Part shown: positions 25,839 through 32,000 of the stretch, piece after piece
Position numbering within the stretch: position 1 is the first letter of the stretch
Layout of the letters: every line of letters starts with the position of its first letter
NCBI GenBank assembly: GCA_964434955.1
Contig: CAYSXI010000016.1
Span: 14,808 to 46,807, forward strand
Direction: 5' to 3'
From: an uncultured Pirellulaceae bacterium
GTDB taxonomy: Bacteria > Planctomycetota > Planctomycetia > Pirellulales > Pirellulaceae
DNA: 32,000 nucleotides
Made by a program: the position numbers and the translations under genes
The notes under the pieces: model-generated
What the model saw: the letters and a program-made list of their open reading frames with translations, nothing else
Told to the model about the DNA's origin: nothing
Database searches by the model: none

Positions 25839-26834
25839 ATGAATTCGCCAAATTTTGATTCATGTGTTTCTGACTCCAGCGATTCGGTTTCGGAAGATTT
25901 TTTGCGGGACGTGATCGACGGACTGTCCAAAGAGAAAAAAACGCTGTCTTGCAAGTATTTCTATGACGAACGAGGTTCCGGCCTGTTTGACGAAATATGC
26001 GAGTTGGACGAGTACTATGTGACACGGACCGAGATTGGCATCATGCGCGATCATGCGGCTGCCATGGCGGATCGAATCGGTCCGAATGCAACCGTGATTG
26101 AATTGGGGAGTGGAAGCAGCATCAAAACGACTTGGCTGCTTGAGCGTTTGATCGATCCGGCTGCCTATTACCCGGTCGATATTTCGACTGAGCATTTGAA
26201 TCGGTCCGCAGCCAGACTTGCGGAGCAGTTTCCCGATATTCGAGTTCAGGCAATTAGCGCAGATTTCACGGAGCCGATATCGATACCTGAGGAAAACGAG
26301 AATTCAGGAAAACGTGTCGTCTATTTTCCAGGTTCCACCATAGGAAACTTCGAGCCGGATGCGGCAAGGCAACTGTTGGAACAGCTTTCAGATTTGGCCG
26401 GGGAATCGGGCGGACTACTCATCGGTATCGATTTGCAAAAGGATCCATCCATCATTGAGGCCGCCTACAACGATTCGAAAGGAACCACGGGACAGTTCAA
26501 CCTGAATATCCTGGAACGGATGAAACGCGAATTGAACGCCAATGTTCAAACCGAACAGTTTGTTCACCGCGCGACCTACAACTCAGAGTTGGGTCGTGTC
26601 GAGCTGGACTTGGTCAGTTCGTGCTCGCAGGCGATTGAGATCGCCGGACATCGGTTTGAATTTGAATCCGGCGAAGCGATTCGAACCGAACACTCTCACA
26701 AGTACGCAATTGACGGCTTCGCTCAATTGGCCGCTTCGGTTCAGTTCGAGCTGGATTCGGCCTGGACGGATTCAAACAACTATTTTGCGATCTTGTACTT
26801 TCAAGCCAGGCACCAATCGAACAACGGAAATTAG
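25839..26834 (+). CDS. egtD: L-histidine N-alpha-methyltransferase (ergothioneine biosynthesis)
   Basis: 'KTLSCKYFYDERGSGLFDEICELDEYYVTRTEIGIM' and 'VIELGSGSSIKTTWLL' match EgtD (Methyltransf_33) signature blocks. 'IRTEHSHKY' lies near the C-terminus. Confidence 0.88.
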   Translation: MNSPNFDSCVSDSSDSVSEDFLRDVIDGLSKEKKTLSCKYFYDERGSGLFDEICELDEYYVTRTEIGIMRDHAAAMADRIGPNATVIELGSGSSIKTTWLLERLIDPAAYYPVDISTEHLNRSAARLAEQFPDIRVQAISADFTEPISIPEENENSGKRVVYFPGSTIGNFEPDAARQLLEQLSDLAGESGGLLIGIDLQKDPSIIEAAYNDSKGTTGQFNLNILERMKRELNANVQTEQFVHRATYNSELGRVELDLVSSCSQAIEIAGHRFEFESGEAIRTEHSHKYAIDGFAQLAASVQFELDSAWTDSNNYFAILYFQARHQSNNGN

Positions 26835-26839
26835 TCGTT

Positions 26840-27124
26840 ATGCCGAAAGCAATTTGGAACGGTCAAATTATCGCCGAGAGTGATCAGACAGAAATCGTCG
26901 ATGGGAATCATTACTTTCCCGCGGAAAAAATCCACTCCGAGTATTTCAAGAACAGTGCGGCGGAAACGGTTTGCGGCTGGAAGGGCACGGCAAATTATTA
27001 CGACGTCGTTGTCGATGGAAAAGTGAATGAGCAGGCGGCTTGGTATTATTCGGAACCTAAGGAAGCAGCTGCAAATATCAAGGGAATGGTCGCGTTCTGG
27101 AAAGGTGTCGAAGTTCAGGGTTAG
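26840..27124 (+). CDS. DUF427 domain protein
   Basis: 94 aa. 'AIWNGQIIAESDQTEIVDGNHYFP', 'TVCGWKGTANYYDV' and 'AAWYYSEPKEAAANIKGMVAFW' fit the DUF427 pattern. It lies 5 nt after the egtD stop and ends 6 nt before the egtB start. Confidence 0.8.
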   Translation: MPKAIWNGQIIAESDQTEIVDGNHYFPAEKIHSEYFKNSAAETVCGWKGTANYYDVVVDGKVNEQAAWYYSEPKEAAANIKGMVAFWKGVEVQG

Positions 27125-27130
27125 CTCGCG

Positions 27131-28420
<1,290 letters not shown>

Positions 28421-28500
28421 GCGGAAATTTGTTGGGCGAATTGCGTTGAGTTATATTGTTGAGATCGATTTTTCGTCTTCTCAACCTGAAGCTGTGTAAC

Positions 28501-31500
28501 ATGGTCGCGAGAAAACATTGCGCCCTGATTCCATTTATCTTTGTCCTGAACCTTGCTTGGGTCAGTTGGACAAATGCCCAGGCTTCCGACATCGATTTCC
28601 GCAGTCAGATCGCGCCAATCTTTGCGCGTCACTGTCTCGGTTGCCACGGCAAGGACGAATCCAAAGGCGGAGTTTCGCTTCATACAAAAGCCGAATTCCT
28701 GGCCGCGGAAATGGTCGTTCCCGGGGAGCCTGACTCGAGCCAGCTATTGGAGTTGATAACGCCCGAGGACGGCGAAGCATCCATGCCAAAAGACGGCAAA
28801 CCCCTTTCCGAGGACGAGATAAAAACCATTCGGACGTGGATTCTTCAAGGAGCCAAGTGGCCCGAAAAACTCGAATTGAGCGAGCCCTTGGCGGACTTTG
28901 ATTGGTGGTCGTATCAACCGCTGAAACGGCCAGAGGTTCCCAAGTCGTCATCGAATCGTTCCAAACGACGCCGGCTCAAGATCCGAAATCCGATCGACGC
29001 ATTTGTTCAGCGAAAACTGGATCAACAATCGCTTGAGGCTTCCCCGGAGGCGAGTCGAGCAACCTTGATTCGGCGGCTCTATTTCGATTTGATCGGGCTG
29101 CCGCCGACCCCCAAAGAAACTGCTGCCTTCGTCAAGAGTTCGGATCCAAAGGCGTACGAAAACCTGGTCGACCAACTATTGGCTTCGCCTCGTTACGGCG
29201 AGCGGTGGGCAAGACATTGGTTGGATGTTGTCCACTATGCCGACACGCACGGGTACGACAAAGACAAGCCGCGACCATTTGCTTTTCCCTATCGCGACTA
29301 CGTCATCCGCTCCTTCAACCAGGATAAACCTTACTCACGGTTTGTTCGCGAACAAATCGCCGGCGACGCGCTCTGGCCGAACACAACCGACGGGGTGGTT
29401 GCCACTGGGTTTATTGCTGCCGGGCCTTGGGATTTTATTGGCCATGCTGAGGTCCCGGAATCCAAGATCGACGGCAAGATTGCAAGACATCTTGACCGAG
29501 ACGACATGGTAAAGTCGACGCTCAACACGTTCTGCAGTGTTACCATTCAGTGTGCGCGCTGTCATCAACACAAGTTCGACCCGATTTCGCAGGAGCATTA
29601 CTACAGTCTCCAGGCAGTGTTCGCGGCGCTCGATCGTGCAGATCGCCGATACGATGCCGATTCCAAGCTTGCGGCAAGGCGGTACGAACTCGAGCAGAAG
29701 CTCGCAGGTCTCTACCAGAAACGAAACATCATGCGGGCAAGAGTTCGCGAATTGGGTGGCGATACGCTGGCAGCGATTGATCGAGAACTCGAACGACTGC
29801 GTTCGGCCGGATTGGCTTCACCAAAGAAAAACCGTTTTGGTTATCACAGCAGTATCAGCAAAGTTCCGGACGCGACGCGCTGGGTTCAGATTGACCTCGG
29901 CAAGTCGCAGACGATTGATGCGATTACCTTGATTGGAGCCCACGATAACTTCAATCGGATCGGGCATGGTTTTGGATTTCCGGTTCGTTACCGAATCGAG
30001 GCAAGTAATGACGCCGAGTTCCGTAAAGGTGTAAAGGTCATTGCGGACAATTCGAAACGGGATCAGCCGAATCCGGGAACCAAGCCTCAACGTTTCAAGC
30101 TGGCGAATCAGGTTGAAGCCAGATACGTTCGGATCACCGCCACGCGCCTCGCAAGTCGAAAAAACGACTACATTTTTTCGCTGGGCGAGGTTTTTGTGGA
30201 AGATGCCAAAGGTCATCAGTTGGCTTTGGGGAAAAAGGTAACGGCAAAGGATTCGATCGAGGCGCCGGTTCGGTGGCAGAAATCCAACTTGGTGGACGGT
30301 TATTATTTTGGAGTCAGTGAGACCGTCAAAGGCAAAACGACACTCGATCAACTGGAATCCAAACGCGAAAGCGCCCTGAAGAAAGTGCTTCCTGAGGATT
30401 TGCAATCAGCCAGGCAAAAAGTCAACGAGGATATCAAGCGGTACCTGGCTCTTCAAAACAAACTGCCACCTCAGCAGATGGTTTATGCCGGAACCATTCA
30501 CACGGGAACTGGAACCTTTGTTGGAACCGGCCGAACAGGAGGCGCTCCTCGCCCGATCCATGTTCTGGCCCGCGGTGATATTCAGAAACCGGGGAAGCAA
30601 GTCGGCCCCGGAACTTTGCCCTTGCCAAACATGCCCGCTTGGCAGTTTCGTTTGCCGAAAGAACACGAGGAAAGTCAGCGAAGAATCGCCTTGGCAAACT
30701 GGTTGGTTGATAAGAATCATCCGCTGACTTGGCGATCAATCGTCAATCGAATCTGGCTCTACCATTTCGGAAACGGAATTGTCGAAACTCCGAATGACTT
30801 TGGCCGCATGGGAAAACGGCCAACCCATCCGGAACTCCTCGATTGGCTTGCGGTCGAGTTTCGCGATGGCGGACAGTCGATGAAAAAGATGCATCGCCTG
30901 ATCGTGTTGAGTTCAACTTATCGCCAGGAATCGAAAAGCCATGCAGAGAACGAGAAATCGGATCAAGAAAACCGGTACCTTTGGCGAATGAACCGCCGGC
31001 GATTATCGGCGGAAGAAATCAGAGATGCGGTTCTTTTTGTGAGTGGAAAACTGAACGACAAAATGTATGGTCCCGGCTTTCAGGCGTTTGTCATTGAACG
31101 GCCCGAACATTCCCCTCACTACGAATATGAAAAATATGATCCCGGTGACCCGGAAACCCATCGCCGCAGTGTTTATCGATTCATTGTCCGGAGCCAGCCG
31201 GACCCTTTCATGACAACCCTGGATTGCGCGGATTCTTCGCAAAGTGTCCCCAAAAGAGATGAGACCATTACCGCATTGCAGGCGTTGTCGTTGTTGAACA
31301 ACAAGTTCATGTTAGCGATGTCCGAGCATTTTGCGGAACGAATCGAGAAGGAAGAATCGGCCCTGGATCAGCAAGTGAGCCGGGCCTTTGAGTTGGTGAC
31401 CGGACACGCACCTGATCGAGCGAACCTCGAACTGCTTGAGAGCTATGCCAAGCAACATGGGACCCAAAACCTTTGTCGTTTGCTATTGAACCTGAACGAG

Positions 31501-31518
31501 TTTGTTTTTGTTGACTAG
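28501..31518 (+). CDS. PSCyt1 (planctomycete cytochrome c) / DUF1549 (PSCyt2) / F5-8 type C discoidin / DUF1553 (PSD1) multidomain protein
   Basis: Signal peptide 'MVARKHCALIPFIFVLNLAWVSWTNAQA'. Heme motif 'CLGCHG'. DUF1549 blocks 'NPIDAFVQRKL...LIRRLYFDLIGLPPTPKE' and 'HYADTHGYDKD'. Discoidin-like 'RWVQIDLGKSQTIDAITLIG...ARYVRITATRL'. DUF1553 block 'IVNRIWLYHFGNGIVETPNDFGRMGKRPTHPELLDWLA'. The track ORF starts at TTG 28456. Confidence 0.9.
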   Translation: MVARKHCALIPFIFVLNLAWVSWTNAQASDIDFRSQIAPIFARHCLGCHGKDESKGGVSLHTKAEFLAAEMVVPGEPDSSQLLELITPEDGEASMPKDGKPLSEDEIKTIRTWILQGAKWPEKLELSEPLADFDWWSYQPLKRPEVPKSSSNRSKRRRLKIRNPIDAFVQRKLDQQSLEASPEASRATLIRRLYFDLIGLPPTPKETAAFVKSSDPKAYENLVDQLLASPRYGERWARHWLDVVHYADTHGYDKDKPRPFAFPYRDYVIRSFNQDKPYSRFVREQIAGDALWPNTTDGVVATGFIAAGPWDFIGHAEVPESKIDGKIARHLDRDDMVKSTLNTFCSVTIQCARCHQHKFDPISQEHYYSLQAVFAALDRADRRYDADSKLAARRYELEQKLAGLYQKRNIMRARVRELGGDTLAAIDRELERLRSAGLASPKKNRFGYHSSISKVPDATRWVQIDLGKSQTIDAITLIGAHDNFNRIGHGFGFPVRYRIEASNDAEFRKGVKVIADNSKRDQPNPGTKPQRFKLANQVEARYVRITATRLASRKNDYIFSLGEVFVEDAKGHQLALGKKVTAKDSIEAPVRWQKSNLVDGYYFGVSETVKGKTTLDQLESKRESALKKVLPEDLQSARQKVNEDIKRYLALQNKLPPQQMVYAGTIHTGTGTFVGTGRTGGAPRPIHVLARGDIQKPGKQVGPGTLPLPNMPAWQFRLPKEHEESQRRIALANWLVDKNHPLTWRSIVNRIWLYHFGNGIVETPNDFGRMGKRPTHPELLDWLAVEFRDGGQSMKKMHRLIVLSSTYRQESKSHAENEKSDQENRYLWRMNRRRLSAEEIRDAVLFVSGKLNDKMYGPGFQAFVIERPEHSPHYEYEKYDPGDPETHRRSVYRFIVRSQPDPFMTTLDCADSSQSVPKRDETITALQALSLLNNKFMLAMSEHFAERIEKEESALDQQVSRAFELVTGHAPDRANLELLESYAKQHGTQNLCRLLLNLNEFVFVD

Positions 31519-31526
31519 GAAAGTGG

Positions 31527-32000
31527 ATGTTTAATCGGCGCGAATTTTTGAATGCCAGCGGTGCAGGCTTTGGCAGCCTGGCACTGGCAATGATGTTGCG
31601 CCAGGAAGCGTCAGCGGACGAATCGGGAGTGGTCAAAGTTTTGCATCACCCGCCAAAAGCCAAACGGGTGGTCCAGCTTTTCATGGCCGGTGCAGCAAGC
31701 CACATCGACTTGTTCGACCACAAGCCAATGCTCGAAAAGCATCACGGCGAAAAGTCGGATTTTGGTGAGCACGTTGAGGCGTTTCAGAACGGCCTTGGGC
31801 CATGGATGAAATCGCCCTTCAAGTTCGAACGGTATGGCGAATCGGGAAAGGCACTTAGTGAAGTGGTAAAGCCATTGGGTGGCGTGGTCGACGAGTTGGC
31901 TTTTATTCATAACCTCGTTGGAAAAACGGGTGTCCACAGCCAGGCGACCTATTTGCAAGCCACGGGTTTCGATCGCCCCGGCTTTCCAGGGATGGGGTGT
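31527..32000 (+). CDS. DUF1501 (sulfatase-fold) protein with Tat signal. N-terminal part only; the gene runs off the window end.
   Basis: Manual translation from the ATG at 31527 (AGGAAAG upstream) gives 'MFNRREFLNASGAGFGSLALAMML...VVQLFMAGAASHIDLFDHKP...'. The frame stays open to 32000. It is not in the track because no stop lies in the window. It starts 8 nt after the DUF1553 gene stop, which is the canonical pairing. Confidence 0.85.
   Translation, partial: MFNRREFLNASGAGFGSLALAMMLRQEASADESGVVKVLHHPPKAKRVVQLFMAGAASHIDLFDHKPMLEKHHGEKSDFGEHVEAFQNGLGPWMKSPFKFERYGESGKALSEVVKPLGGVVDELAFIHNLVGKTGVHSQATYLQATGFDRPGFPGMGC

Noticed and set aside
29818-30405. 195-aa minus-strand ORF
   Set aside because: It lies antisense to the discoidin/DUF1553 part of the PSCyt protein and has no motifs.
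31611-31958. 115-aa minus-strand ORF at the right edge
   Set aside because: It lies antisense to the open plus-strand frame encoding a Tat-signal DUF1501 N-terminus, which pairs canonically with the upstream DUF1553 gene.

Overview
The window looks like a gene-dense chromosomal segment from a Planctomycetota-type genome. The evidence for that assignment is a PSCyt/DUF1549/DUF1553 giant protein paired with a Tat-signal DUF1501 protein, an ECF sigma factor overlapping a WD40 Ser/Thr kinase, and many lipobox lipoproteins. I support about 29 protein-coding genes and found no rRNA, tRNA, CRISPR array, transposase or integrase.

Gene content from left to right:
- A Tat-exported molybdopterin oxidoreductase, truncated at the window start and missing from the ORF track, with its 4Fe-4S subunit.
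- A tightly packed minus-strand operon: ECF sigma, TM/WD40 Ser/Thr kinase, a small 2-TM protein and a GNAT acetyltransferase.
- Two convergent orphan lipoproteins.
- A co-directional cassette of two paralogous lipoproteins, a Lys-rich-tail chymotrypsin-fold protease, a further lipoprotein and a DinB-fold protein.
- A secreted trypsin-TPR protein.
- A SASA-type esterase, DgkA and two hypothetical envelope proteins.
- A divergent pair of a class I CPD photolyase and a COG3046 cryptochrome/photolyase-related protein, followed by exonuclease III.
- A bestrophin-like channel and a flavodoxin-like FMN reductase.
- An egtD-DUF427-egtB ergothioneine operon.
- The PSCyt/DUF1549/discoidin/DUF1553 plus DUF1501 pair, the latter truncated at the window end.

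The best candidate for an undescribed system is the lipoprotein/polybasic-protease cassette at about 9.6-14.2 kb. Family names come from motif recognition by eye; no database search was run.
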